Source of the DNA: the human T2T-CHM13v2.0 reference genome, Homo sapiens | DNA: 64,000 nt | Reading direction: 5' to 3' (one strand) | NCBI RefSeq assembly: GCF_009914755.1 | Contig: NC_060940.1 | In this document: positions 1 to 11,881 of the stretch, piece after piece | How positions within the stretch are numbered: the stretch's first letter is position 1 | Layout: the number at the start of each line of letters is the position of its first letter | Program-made: the position numbers and the translations under genes | The notes under the pieces: model-generated | Told to the model about the DNA's origin: nothing | The model's input: only the letters and a program-made list of their open reading frames with translations | Databases searched by the model: none

Positions 1-479
1 ATCTGTCCTCAATTCCTTTCTTGGATATTCTTTAGTGTATTGAAGGATATTGCAAAGGAATCTGTTTAATGGCAAGTCAAGTCAATTTCCTTGTGCCAGG
101 GAAGACATTTATTGCAACAGCCCCTGTAGAATTTGGGAAGTCTTTAAACACAGTTTAAATGCGCTGTTACACTTATGTAATTTCATCTATTCCTGTCATA
201 CAGGCCAACACCTGATTACCATATATGCCACAGTCACGATCTAATATATCCAGATTTCTAAGAAAATCCAGCCAAAGAATTCTATTCAAGTGCCCTTGTG
301 ATTGTTTGCACATAATGCAAACAATGTACTCAATACTACTTTTTTTAATTAGTTCTACTCAATTTTTTAAAAATTGTTTTTTAATTGTCTACTCAATACT
401 AACAAATGCTATTAATTGTCCTACTCAATACTAATAAATACGATTTCAACTTTCAACCAAAAAGGGTCTACATAGACTT

Positions 480-1190
480 TGGGCCTAGAAGAAAAAGATC
501 AGTTGTATCAGTCTAGCAATGAATTAGAAGGTTCAAGGCGCCAATGGGTGGGTTTGCAGGAAAGGTAGAAGGGGAAGGGATCTAAGCACAGGTGGATGGG
601 TGAGCCCTTGCATACCTTGTTCTCGGAGACTAGCAGGAGGGGCTCAGGATGGTTGCACATAAGGATTAGCTTTAAGATGGAGGAGAGGCAGGTTGAAGGA
701 GTTGAGGTGTTAGGTTGAAAGCTTATGCCTTTCTAGTGTCATGGGTGACTAGCTGCATGTTAAGGGTGGATGAAAGGATTCAGGCTGGGAGTGTATGATG
801 AGAATTTGAAACATTTACTATGAAAAATGATGGAAAGGGCCTGAAAAGACAAATATAAGATCACTGAGCAGTACTGAGGGTTCAATGGAAGCTAGAATCC
901 ATGAACATATTAAGGATATATTTGTAAGTGACAGCAATTTTCTCCAGTGCTGTTTGGCAACCCAGGGACAGAACTGGAAAGGATAAAAGGCTGGAAGGAT
1001 GCATTATTAGAGACTGGGGAGAGCAATTAGAACAGGAAAATTGATGAGGATGAAGATGATGCTATTGAAATGATTGTTCATTGGGTACAGAGAAGGTATG
1101 GAATAAAGTGAAATCAAGAGAATCCCAGATGAATTTGAAAATGGGTATAAGAAGTTTGAGACTGTGGAAAAGGTAGAAAGGGACAAGGTT
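480..1190. mobile_element. Degenerate ancient LINE (L2-like) fragment
   Basis: Purine-rich, highly diverged sequence resembling L2 internal region; boundaries approximate. Confidence 0.35.
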
Positions 1191-1196
1191 GTAATC

Positions 1197-1975
1197 TGTA
1201 GTTTCCTGTGGCTACCATAACAAATTACTGCAAACTAGGTGGCTTAAAACAACCAAAATGCATTATTTCACAGTTCTAGAGGATAGAAGTCTGAGACCAA
1301 ATTGTTAGCAGGGTTGGTTCCTTCTGACTGCTCTGAGAAGAATCTGCCCTGTGCCTCTCTCCTAGCTTCCGGTGGCTGCTGGTGGCAATCCTAGGTGTTC
1401 ACGTCTTGTAGACATCTTACTTCACACTCTGCCTTCATCTTCAGGTCACCGTATTTCCTGTGTGACTCTTCTTCCCTTCTCTAACAAGGACACTCGTCAT
1501 TGGGTTTATGGCCCACTCTAATCCGGGATGATCTCATATGCAAGTCCTTAACTTAATTACATCTGCAAAGACCCTTTTGCCAAATAAGGTCACGTTCAAA
1601 TGTTCTGGGTGGGCTGGGTGTGGTGGCTACACCGTAATCCCAGCACTTTGGGAGGCCAAGGCAGGTAGATCTCTTGAGCCCAGGAGTTCAAGACCAGCCT
1701 AGGCAACATGGTGAAACCCTGTCTCTACAAAAAATACAAAAAATAGCTAGGAGTGGTGGTGAGTGCCTGTAGTCCAAGCTACCTGGGAGTTCTGAGGTGG
1801 GAGGATCACCTAAGCCAGGGGAGTTTGAGGCAGCAGTGAGCCCTGATGGCACCACTGTACTCCAGCCTGGGCGACAGCATAAGACTCTGTCACGCACACA
1901 CACAAAAAACCCCCAAACAGAACAAAGGTTCTGGGCGGACATATCTTTTGGAAGGTCACCATTCAAACCTCTACA
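1197..1975 (-). mobile_element. MaLR LTR (MLT1C-like), interrupted by an Alu
   Basis: TG...CA ends; reverse complement of MLT1C-type motifs (ttaacttaattacatctgcaaagaccctttt, ggtggcttaaaacaac, ggacatatcttttgg). Confidence 0.8.
1612..1922 (+). mobile_element. AluJ-type SINE
   Basis: Dimeric Alu sequence; TSD caaa(t/g)gttctggg at 1597 and 1923; CA-rich degenerate tail. Confidence 0.92.
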
Positions 1976-2241
1976 TAGTTTTAGAGTGAAATTTCTGAGT
2001 TAACCATTTCAGAGTTAGGGAAATTGCAATGACATGACCCAACGTATGGCCATGAAAAAGAGTTGGTGAAGGGAAGAGAAAATGGAAATACTTGGAGTGT
2101 CAAAGGTCAAAGAACTGCGAGGCCAGGGTATTGGGTGGAGATAGTGATAGGAGCCAGGAAGCAGAAAGCTAAGAACCAGGAGTTGATATTCCAAAGGATG
2201 TGAGAATGAATGTTCTGGGGGTTGGTAAATCATAGTGTTAG

Positions 2242-2733
2242 TGATGCAGGGCAGGCGAGCCTTGGGGAGTTCTTGGCTTTGCCCAGGAAACAATTCAAGG
2301 GCAAGCCGGTGTTGTTAGACAAGCAACTTTTATTGAAGCAGCAGTGTACAGCAGAAGCAGAGGCACTGCTCCCTGCAGAGAAGGGCTACCCTACAGGGGT
2401 GTTGTATAGGCAGTGTATCCAGTGTAGCAGCTCGGAGGCAGCTCTGCAGTCATATTTATACCCACTTCTAATTACATGCAAATTAAGGGGCAGATTATGC
2501 AGAAATTTACCACCCTACAAAAAGGGTGGTAGCTTCCAAGTCATCAGGTTGTTGCCATAGAAAGGGATGGTCACCTCGGGGCGTTGCCATGGCAATGGTA
2601 AGCTGACAGGGCACACAGGTGGGCGTGTCTTGTGGAAAGCTGCTTCTTCCCCGCCCTGTTTTAGCTAGTCCTCAATTTGGTCCTGTGTCCAAGCAAGCCC
2701 TGCCTCCGGAGTCTAGACCCGCCTCCTACCTCA
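2242..2733 (-). mobile_element. ERV1-class solo LTR (LTR19/MER41-like), antisense to HS3ST2
   Basis: TG...CA ends with perfect 4 bp TSD ttag (2238-2241, 2734-2737); on minus strand TATA box (2451-2460) and AATAAA (2329-2334). Confidence 0.85.
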
Positions 2734-2744
2734 TTAGGATTGGG

Positions 2745-3030
2745 AAAGGTGTTTCTCAACTCTGCCTTCCCATTAGAATGAGCTGAGGAACTTTATAGAA
2801 GTATATCCCTTCCCTGAATATTTTGAATCAGTTGTTCTAGGACAGAGCCCAGACATGTTTATTTAAAAAAGAAAGAAAGAAAGAGAAGAAAGAAAGGAAG
2901 GAAGGAAGGAAGGAAGGAAGGAAGGAAGGAAGGAAGGGAGGGAGGGAGGGAGGGAGGGAGGGAGGGAGGGAGGGAGGAAGGAAGGGACTTCTCGGGTAGT
3001 TCTAACGCGCAGCCAGGATTAAGAAAAATG
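2745..3030. mobile_element. MER5-like hAT-Charlie MITE remnant split by a simple repeat
   Basis: gtttctcaac...attagaat... and ...ttctaacgcgcagccaggattaagaa resemble MER5 ends. Confidence 0.5.
2865..2986 (+). repeat. Purine-rich microsatellite (GAAA)n(GGAA)n(GGGA)n
   Basis: Directly visible. Confidence 0.95.
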
Positions 3031-3504
3031 CACGTAAGGGTCAACTATGACCTTCATCAAGAAGTAGCGGTTGGGAACCAGGGGTGCTCCCGTCCATCAA
3101 GGCCTGAATGAGATGCTCCTGGGAAAGAGACTTCAGTGCTTCCTCCCACATCCCTTAAGGTCTCAAGCAGAGCCAGGAAATTAAAAAGCAAGGGAAAGAG
3201 AGGTTACATAGCCTGACTCCTGACTGAGGTCCCAAGCAGCCTGGAGTTCTGTGCTTGTTCAAGCCTACACAAAGGATGTATTTCAAATGTTTTTCAGCAG
3301 AAGACGTCAGAACTCATATCTAAAACAGTTGCTATTCCTGCAAGACAAGACTTTTTCCCCAAAAAAAGATTTTCTTAATATATTTGGAGAAATATCTTTT
3401 GCCAGAACAATATTCAGTGGCTTACTTTGTAATTTTTGAATATGTAATAAATGCATTAAAATTTTCAAGCAGCTTAAAAGGTTATACAATAAAAAGTAAT
3501 TCTT

Positions 3505-3942
3505 AGCCAGGTGCAGTGGCTTGTGCCTATGGTCCCAGCACTTTGAGAAACCAAGGCAGGAGGATCACTTGAAGCTTGGAGTTTGAGACCAGCCAGGGCA
3601 ACATAGTGAGACCCTATCTCTACAAAAAATACAAAAAATAAGCCAGGCATGGTGGCTTACACCTGTAATCCCAGCTGCTCAGGAGGCTGAGGCAGGAGAA
3701 TCACTTAAGCCCAGGAGTTCAAGACCACCCTGGGCAACACAGTGAGACCCCATCTCTACAAAAATTATTAAGAATCAGCCAGGAGTGGTGGCATGAGCCT
3801 GTAGTCCCGGCTTCTTGAGAGATTGAGGTGAGAGGATCAATGGAGCCTGGAGTTCGAGGCTTCAGTGAGCCATGATTGTAACTCTGCACTGCACCTTGGG
3901 AGACAGAGTGAAGTGAGACCCTGTCTCTTAAAAAAAAAAAAA
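3505..3942 (+). mobile_element. Trimeric AluJ-type element
   Basis: Three Alu monomers starting at 3505, 3641 and 3777; one TSD aaaag(t/c)aattct at 3492 and 3939. Confidence 0.85.
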
Positions 3943-3949
3943 GCAATTC

Positions 3950-4200
3950 TCATTTATCCCTCATCTTCTAATTCTGCACTCACCTCAAGTTTCCTCCCTA
4001 GAAGCAACCACTTTTATTGGTAACTTATTTATCCTTCTTAAGATATACAAGCTGTATCTTGCCTGTTTTCATTTAACACTGTATGTTGGAAATCATTCCA
4101 TATTAATGCATACAGATCTACCTAACCCTATTAATTGGCTATTCCACAATTTATTTAGCTCACTGTGATGGATGTTTAGATTGTTTCCAGGCTTGAAGCA
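3950..4200 (-). mobile_element. Old L1 (L1M/L1ME-like) 3' fragment
   Basis: tcattccatat...ccacaatttatttag...gatggatgtttagattgtttccag motif typical of antisense L1ME. Confidence 0.55.
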
Positions 4201-4228
4201 AACAGGTTAAAAATTAAATAAGAAAAAA

Positions 4229-4523
4229 AGCCTGTAATCCCAGCACTTTGGGAGGTTGAGGTGGGAGGATTGCTTGAGCCCAGGTGTTCGAGACTAGCCT
4301 GGCAACATAATGAGACCCTGCTCTACAAAAAATAGAAAAACTTAGCCAGGCATGATGGCACACACCTGTAGTCCCAGCTACTTGGGAGGCTGAGATGGGA
4401 AGATGGGAAGATGGGAAGATGGGAAGATGGGAAGATAGCCTGATCCCAGGAGTTGGAAGCTGCAGTGAGCTGTGATTGTACCACTGCATTTCAGCCTGGG
4501 CGACAGAGTGAGACCTTGTCTCA

Positions 4524-4549
<26 letters not shown>
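4229..4549 (+). mobile_element. AluJ-type SINE, slightly 5'-truncated, with internal (GATGGGAA)5 and long poly(A)
   Basis: Alu arms and A tail at 4523-4549. Confidence 0.92.
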
Positions 4550-4554
<5 letters not shown>

Positions 4555-4666
4555 GAAAAGAAAATCAACAAGATTTAAAGTGAGTACCTCACCAGGTGAA
4601 AGCTTTGAGTGGAACAGAGGCCAGGAGGAGGATGCAACAGGCCCCTGGGTGGAAGGGCTGATGTAG

Positions 4667-5347
<681 letters not shown>

Positions 5348-5913
5348 GCCCACGAAAGGAAAGGGCTCTCAAGGGCTCTTCTGCTCATCTCTTCCGTGAG
5401 ATTTGCTCCCAGACCCTCTGATCTCCCTCCAACAAACCCTGGCTCCAGCCCCCTTTCCCAACTTGAGTTGCATCATCTTGGAACCAGGAAGCCCAGCTAA
5501 AGCCAAGAGACCAGAGAGTCCCTGCCACTAGTTTTCATCAGTCTGTTCAAGCAAAGTTGATCTGCTCCTGGCACGTCCAGTAAATTCCAGAATCATTCTC
5601 CTTTCTGCCCATAAAGGGCCTTGGAGAATTGCTTTAAGAAGAGTGAATGTTCCAATGATGATAGATATTATAAGCGATGATGGTTCTGTTGCTATGAACA
5701 CAGCAGTCGGTCCCTGTCATTGTCCACCCAGGAGTGGCCTTGTTAATTCCAAGTGGCATGTATCTTCCCTCTGAGCTTCATTTCTTCAAGATGCTCTGGG
5801 TGGTGGGATGGGAGACCATCCTCAGCCCTCCTCAGACCTTATCAATTCATTGAGAGATTGCAAAGCTGAAAGCACCTCCGGCCACTCCTGGGAGACAGAC
5901 CCTTTGGTGATGA

Positions 5914-5919
5914 AATAAA
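5914..5919 (+). terminator. Proximal polyadenylation signal AATAAA
   Basis: Canonical hexamer in 3' UTR. Confidence 0.5.
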
Positions 5920-6095
5920 CCAGTGACTTCAGAGCCTATGGTCTCAACTGTGCTTGAAAAACACTGTCTCTGAAAACAACTTTGTGATTCTCCCTGCTCC
6001 CTGTGGACAAAAGCACATAATTCTGCTGTTACGGGTACTTTGCTCATACGAGCTTTCATGTTCAGCATGCAATGGAATCATGCTTGTCCATGTGA

Positions 6096-6101
6096 AATAA
6101 A
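6096..6101 (+). terminator. Main polyadenylation signal AATAAA
   Basis: Canonical hexamer followed by ctctcgtgtcct / cttttctctgt elements and a G-rich tract. Confidence 0.75.
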
Positions 6102-6779
6102 TATGGCTCTCTCGTGTCCTTAATGCTGGGCTTTTCTCTGTAAGCTGGTTCTGCAGCACAATTCATTAATTAAACTTCTCCCAGTGCAAGAAGGCAGCTG
6201 GTGCTGGGGGTGGTCTGGGGGGTCAGGGAGGAGGGCAAGGACTACATGGGGCAGAGGCAAGGCGGTGGTGGAGATGAGGAAAGAAGTTCTTCTTGGCAGA
6301 AGCTGGGGCAGAAAGATCACATGAGATCTGTGGGGACACCCTCTATCTGAGACATAAGTCTGTGTTCATTCTCTGCTTAGAAATTTTAGATCTGAAGTGC
6401 TACACTGAAGGTCCGAAGGTTGATGGGGCATCAGATATCTTTTTGGTTGGCCAGCATGATATTTTGAAATAACTGTCAACAGTTAGAAACTGGGAGCATT
6501 CATATGTAAAAAATATGGATTTTCAGCTTCTTCTTAAAAAAAAAAAAAAAACAAGAGAGACTTGGCTACACTGAGCCTGCCCTGCAGCATGGCAACAATT
6601 GGCTGCTGCCTTTGGATGGGGCCTGCGCTCCCCAGTTTTACAACTCCCCATGTAGGCACCCTCCCTTGCTGATTTGTGCCATTTGCCAGGCTCCTGTAGG
6701 CATTTGAGTTCCCAGCCCTGCCTTGACTGTGTCTCATAACTTCCTGTAAAGCCCAAATCCTCCCGCATGGCACCCAAGA

Positions 6780-7200
6780 TGACCCCAACTTACAGTTTCT
6801 CCTTCATCCTCTGCTCTAACCTTACAGAATGATGTGCCTTTTCTTGAGTTTTTCAAGTCTCCTTCACCTGGAATGCTTCCTTCCTTCACCTGGAATGCTT
6901 TCTTCCCTGACACGTCTCCAGCTAATGGAAACCCATGCTCCCAGTAAGACTTCACTCAAGTGTCGTTTGCTTGATATTTTTGAAGCCTTCTCCAGCTAAG
7001 CTATCTGCTCACTCTTCTGTTCACTTGGGAGCTTGTACATGACTCAATGGCAGCTTTTGTCACACTAGATTATAATTATTTGTGTAAATGTCTGCCTCCA
7101 TCATAGATTTGAACTCCTCGAGAGTCAGGACTGTATCTTGCTAAGTTGTAGTAGGCACATAGCAGATGTCTGATGGTTGAATGTGTGAGAGGGTGGATGG
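6780..7200 (+). mobile_element. L2 3' end fragment
   Basis: cctggaatgctt...gtaggcacatag...ggttgaatg pattern of the L2 3' end. Confidence 0.55.
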
Positions 7201-8164
7201 ATGTTGGAAGTCTGGGTTCGTGGATGAGGGTGTCCCAAGGAACTGCATTTCTGGGGGATGCTTCCCAGATACCTCCATGTGTCCACAGGAAGCAAGGAAG
7301 GATTGCTGAACATCTGGGGACTGCTTGGATTTTGTGTGCTCTGTCAGGCACAGTAGAAACTCCCTGAAGATCAGATTGACTTATAAGGGTGGAAGACACT
7401 AAAGTGTAATACAACAATTCTGCATCATGGCCCATCTTCCTTACCCAAGCATCTTACATGGAATCAAATGACTGGATCCATGGCATCAAGAAATCAGTTC
7501 TGCAGGTCTGCCTCTGTGCTTCCCCTGTGGATCTGGAGAAGTGACAGGGTAGAAGCCGTTCCTGCTTTGAAGTTGGGGCCCTGGCCGTCTGGTGATCAGA
7601 AAAAGGGCAGATTGTATATGTGCATTAATTAATTGCCCTTATACATTTCCCATCCAGAAGTATTTGGTGTTCTGTAACTCTGGGCCTTATAGGGGCCAAA
7701 GCCATATCCAATGGGAGACAGAAGTGCATTGAGACACAAAGGAATCACCTAAGAAAGAGTCAATGAAATTTGCTTGTTTATTCTGAAGAGATCAGTCAGA
7801 ATTCATGAAAATTTTGAATTTTTCAATTTTTTGCACATAAATGCAGCTTTATTCCTTTGCATGACAAGCACATTCAGACTGCCCGGACTAAGTAAATTTC
7901 AAGTATTAATGAATAGGTATGAGTCTCTTGTAATTAGCATCTCAATCATTGTATGCAAATGAAAGATGCTTAAAAATCCTAGTTTAAATGAGTAAAATCT
8001 GTAGTACATGAATCTGCTCAGCAAACTCTGATTTTTTTAATCCAGTGCAAATGGACCCTTTTACCCAGGCTGCCCCAGGGCAAACTTGCACAAGTTCCAA
8101 ATTAGTATGCTTTAAATAGATGAAGTTTGAGTGTTCAATCTGAACTAGAAAGGCTCCTCAGGGG

Positions 8165-8196
8165 GTGTGTATGTGTGTGTGTGTGTGTGTGTGTGT
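8165..8196. repeat. (TG)n microsatellite
   Basis: Directly visible. Confidence 0.95.
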
Positions 8197-8357
8197 TTGG
8201 TTAGGTTGCTGAAACAGACACAAAATGGCAGTGTCTTAAAAGACTGAAATGTATTTCTCTCTTACTAACAGCCCAGAGTGGACGGCAGTTCCATGACACC
8301 AGAGACTGGAGACCCTTGCATCCTACTACATCTGCATTCCACTCAGCAGGAAGAGGG

Positions 8358-9148
8358 TGTAGAAATAAATGAAGACTATCCAAAAGAGAGCAAGCAGAGG
8401 TCATTGATTCAGAGCTTGCCCTAGCAAAGAGTCTTGCATTTGGCAGAAACTCACAGGCTGGCAGAACAGTGAAAAAGGTTCACACTGGAAAAGAGAGAAG
8501 GCTTCAGGGGTGCCTGATTGGAGGTAGTTGGCGTAGGAAAGCTGGAAGTGGGCTCATTAGAAGTGGGGCATCCGGCTGGGTGCAGCAGCTCACACCTATA
8601 ATCCCAGCACTTTGGGAGGCTAAGGCTGGCAGATCCCTTGAGCCTAGGAGTGCGAGACCAGCCTGGGCAACATGGCAAAACCCTGTCTCTATGAAAAAAA
8701 AAACAAAAGAAAAGAAAAAATAGCTGGGCATTGTGCTACACTCCTGTAATCCCAGCTACTCCGGAGGCTGAAGCGGGATGATCACCTGAGCCCAAGGAGG
8801 TTGAGGCTGCAGTGAGCTGTGATCACACCACTGCACTGTACCCTGGACATCTAAAAAAACAAAAACAAAAACAAAAAAAAGGAAAAAACAAAACAAACAA
8901 AAAACAAAACAAACAAACAAAAAACGGGCATCTTATGTGATTGATTCAGAGGCATATGTGACTTTCTGTAGTTGATCCTGAGTTGGAAGCAGGGACAAAA
9001 AATGGAGAAGCTGGCAGTTATTGACCAAGTCTTGCCCATTCTGGGCCAGTTGCTGCAGGGATTGTGGTCTGGCTTCCCAAGCGGGTTGCTGAAGAGGTTG
9101 TGGGTCAGAGTTCTATTGCCATTGTTCGTTGGTACATTCAGTCTCTTA
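8358..9148 (-). mobile_element. ERV1 LTR (MER89-like) nested in an MLT1-type LTR (8200-9445) and interrupted by an Alu
   Basis: gagagcaagcagagg...attcagagcttgc...ctgattggagg...gttggaagcagggacaaaaa motifs; MLT1-like flanks on both sides. Confidence 0.55.
8574..8924 (+). mobile_element. AluJ-type SINE with (AAAC)n tail
   Basis: Alu dimer; TSD-like gggcatc at both ends. Confidence 0.9.
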
Positions 9149-9589
9149 GGAGGAAAAATGGGCCCAGGAAGAACATGCCTTTTCCTTTTGAGGTTGTAAC
9201 ATCATTTCTACTCTCAGCATCTTCATATTGTGAATTGTGCCTCCTATGGTTGTGCAAAGGTAGTGGTACCACTTTGACTTACATCCTCTTGGGTAGAACA
9301 TAGTTATTTGGTCACACTTAGATGTGAGGGAAGCTGGGAAATGTAATCTTTAATCTGGGTGTTACTATGCTGAGCTAAAAATAGGATATTCTGTAAAAGA
9401 AGGGGAGAACAGATATTGAGGGATATCTAGCTGTCTTGGCCACAGAACCTTTTCCACATAGCAAAGCCTCCAGGTGCTTCTGGTTCTCTCTGTGGCTTTG
9501 TGTCAATATGTGAGTATGCTTCTCCACACATATTGGAATGTGTCTGTACCTGTTTCAGCCCCTGCTTTCTTTCCCCTGCCTCTGTCTAG

Positions 9590-9825
9590 GGACAATATGG
9601 TATAGAAGCAAGCACAATTTGCTCAGACCCAATAGGTCCAAGTTTGAATCCCACCTCTGTTATTCCCTAGCTACATGACCTTGGGGAAATTATTTAACTT
9701 CTTTGAGCCAATTTTATCATCAGTAAATTGGGACATAAATTTGTACCCATGATAAGGGGTTTTTGTTGTGAAGATTAAGCAAGAAAACACTTGCCTCACA
9801 CAGAGTAGGCAGTCCATTCATATTC
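9590..9825 (+). mobile_element. MIR SINE
   Basis: Core tttgaatccc...acatgaccttggggaaattatttaacttctttgagcc. Confidence 0.7.
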
Positions 9826-10045
9826 CCTTTATTCCTGGCAGTGGAATCCACCACTGCTCCAATACTCCTGTTGGCTGAGATCAGCTGCATCTCTAACAGA
9901 ACTACAGAATTGCTCATAGCAATTTCCTTCTTCCTATGAATGGGTGAATTAAATCACTTTCACAGCCCAGGATCAAGTGGCTCAGTCTAAATGCTGAGCT
10001 CCAGATTCTCTGGCCAAATAAACCTAATACCTATGCCCCCTAAGG

Positions 10046-10177
10046 TAAGGTGCTCATTCACTCTGATTTTCCCAGTTCAGGCCCAGTTTATACCTGTTGT
10101 CCTGGCGTAATTATCAACATTGCCTCTTCGCTCTCAACCATGCCCCACTTGGGATGGTAAATCTCTGGGTGTCCTTA
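10046..10177 (-). mobile_element. MER94-like hAT-Blackjack MITE
   Basis: gtttatacctgttgtcctggcgtaattat matches the reverse complement of remembered MER94 core. Confidence 0.7.
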
Positions 10178-10229
10178 TTGTCCCTAAACTCTGACACCAA
10201 CTTATTCCTCCTAAAGGGCTAATCTTCAA

Positions 10230-10520
10230 GATTTCATGGCCATCTCTTTCTTATCATCCAGTTCTCAGCTCAAATATCTACCCAAAACTTGCCCTTCGTC
10301 TTCCCCAGTCACTCTCTATCTTGCAATTCTTATGTCTATTATAGCATTTATCACTATCTGACATTATATATTAGTTTACTTGTTTGATATCTGTTTCCTC
10401 TAGAGGTCTGGGAGCTACATGAGAGTGGGGATTGTGCCCATGTTTTTCAGCATAGTGCCTGAAAATTAAGCATAATTATTAAGCATAAATACTTAATAAT
10501 TATTTGAGTACATGAATGAA
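10230..10520 (+). mobile_element. L2 3' fragment
   Basis: tagcatttatcactatctgac...catagtgcctg...atgaatgaa ending. Confidence 0.6.
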
Positions 10521-10639
10521 CTTCTGGGGCTCTCTAACCTGAATGTTAGCCTTTTTGATCATTGCTTAACCACAAGAATAGACCCTGTTCCTCGGCTCTA
10601 TTTTCTGCCTGAGATCCCTCAGGTCTCTTGGGATCTTTA

Positions 10640-10850
10640 TTGCCATCATTAGCCTTTGTGAGAGTTAGAAAAAGGCACTCCTCATTGGCAGATAAATGAG
10701 AAAAGGTGCGTCTTTGGGGTGGACACAGTGTTTTGAGTATACAGCATGGCGAATGGAGTACAGATTGGATATCAGCCCCCACTCTGCCCCCCAACCCCCA
10801 GGTGGCATCTTTTTGTAAGGCACAAACTGCAGTCTTGCATGGCAGCCTTG
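10640..10850 (-). mobile_element. MER91A-like hAT-Tip100 element
   Basis: cctttgtgagagttagaaaaaggc and ggatatcagcccccact match the reverse complement of MER91A. Confidence 0.7.
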
Positions 10851-11194
10851 TCTGCAGTTCCTCCCCATTCACTGGGATTCCATGTCCCTGAATGCTCCAG
10901 AAATTAGCACTGGATACTTCTGCCTTTGGACATCCAAGACTCTTTCTATTTTTCTAGCTCTGCCTTTCAGGAGCTTCTCCAATTCTGCTGGTATCCTGAT
11001 CCTTAGTGATTCCTCATACTCCACATTCAGTCCTTTTGGTATGCACATGTGTGTCTCTCCATGGATGCATACTTATGTGTGGGTTTGTGTCTTCTTTTGT
11101 GTATGTGTCTCTTTATTATATCCTCATAAACACTTATTAACACTCAAAACTATTCAACAAAAATTTACTGAATGTGTGCAAAAGGGGAGTACAG

Positions 11195-11680
11195 ATGTAA
11201 TGACAGCTAACATTTATTCAGTGCTTTTTGTATGCCAGCGATTGTGTTTTCCGTATCTTATAATAACTCTGTAAGGCAAGTACTATTTCAAAGTGTAGCA
11301 AAAGTAAAAGCACTGGTTGTGGTGGTTAAGAGCATGGATGCCTAAGTTCTAACCCTAGCTTACTACTCTCTTACTCTGGGATCTTAGGCAAGTTATTTTA
11401 TGTACTTGTACCAGTTTCCCCATCTATAAAACAGGGGTATTAAGAATTGTACCAATATCATAATGGTTTCATGAGGATTCAACAAATTTAATTCATATGA
11501 AGTGTTTGGAATCACACTCAAACGTGATAGCTGATATTGATGCTCTCTTCATTTTGAGATGAGAAAAGTAAGGCTTAAAAAAAGTAAAGAAAATGTCTAA
11601 AGTTCTCACACCTGGTAGAGCCAGGAGTCAAATCAGGCTCTAGTCTCAAGGCCACACCCTTGATTGCCACAGTATGAGCA
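11195..11680. mobile_element. Nested/adjacent MIR fragments (opposite orientations)
   Basis: MIR core motifs gtggttaagagcatgg...aggcaagtta and cattttgagatgagaaaa. Confidence 0.6.
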
Positions 11681-11881
11681 CTATCCTGGAGCAAGTCACA
11701 TAGGAGACACATGAGACAGTGAGCAAAGTGCTATAATTGAAGCAATGCAAGAATTTAAGGTCATATAAACGAGGAGAACAACACAGAATCAGCAAGAACT
11801 TCATGAAGAAGGCCATGGAGCACCTTCCTACTCTTCTCCCACTTATGATAAATCTCTTAACCTCTTAGATGAAGTTCAGCT

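Larger units (their letters stand above)
5348..6123 (+). other. HS3ST2: HS3ST2 3' UTR (end approximate)
   Basis: Repeat-free sequence after the stop, ending ~20 nt after AATAAA 6096, with GT/T-rich sequence around and after the site. Confidence 0.7.
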
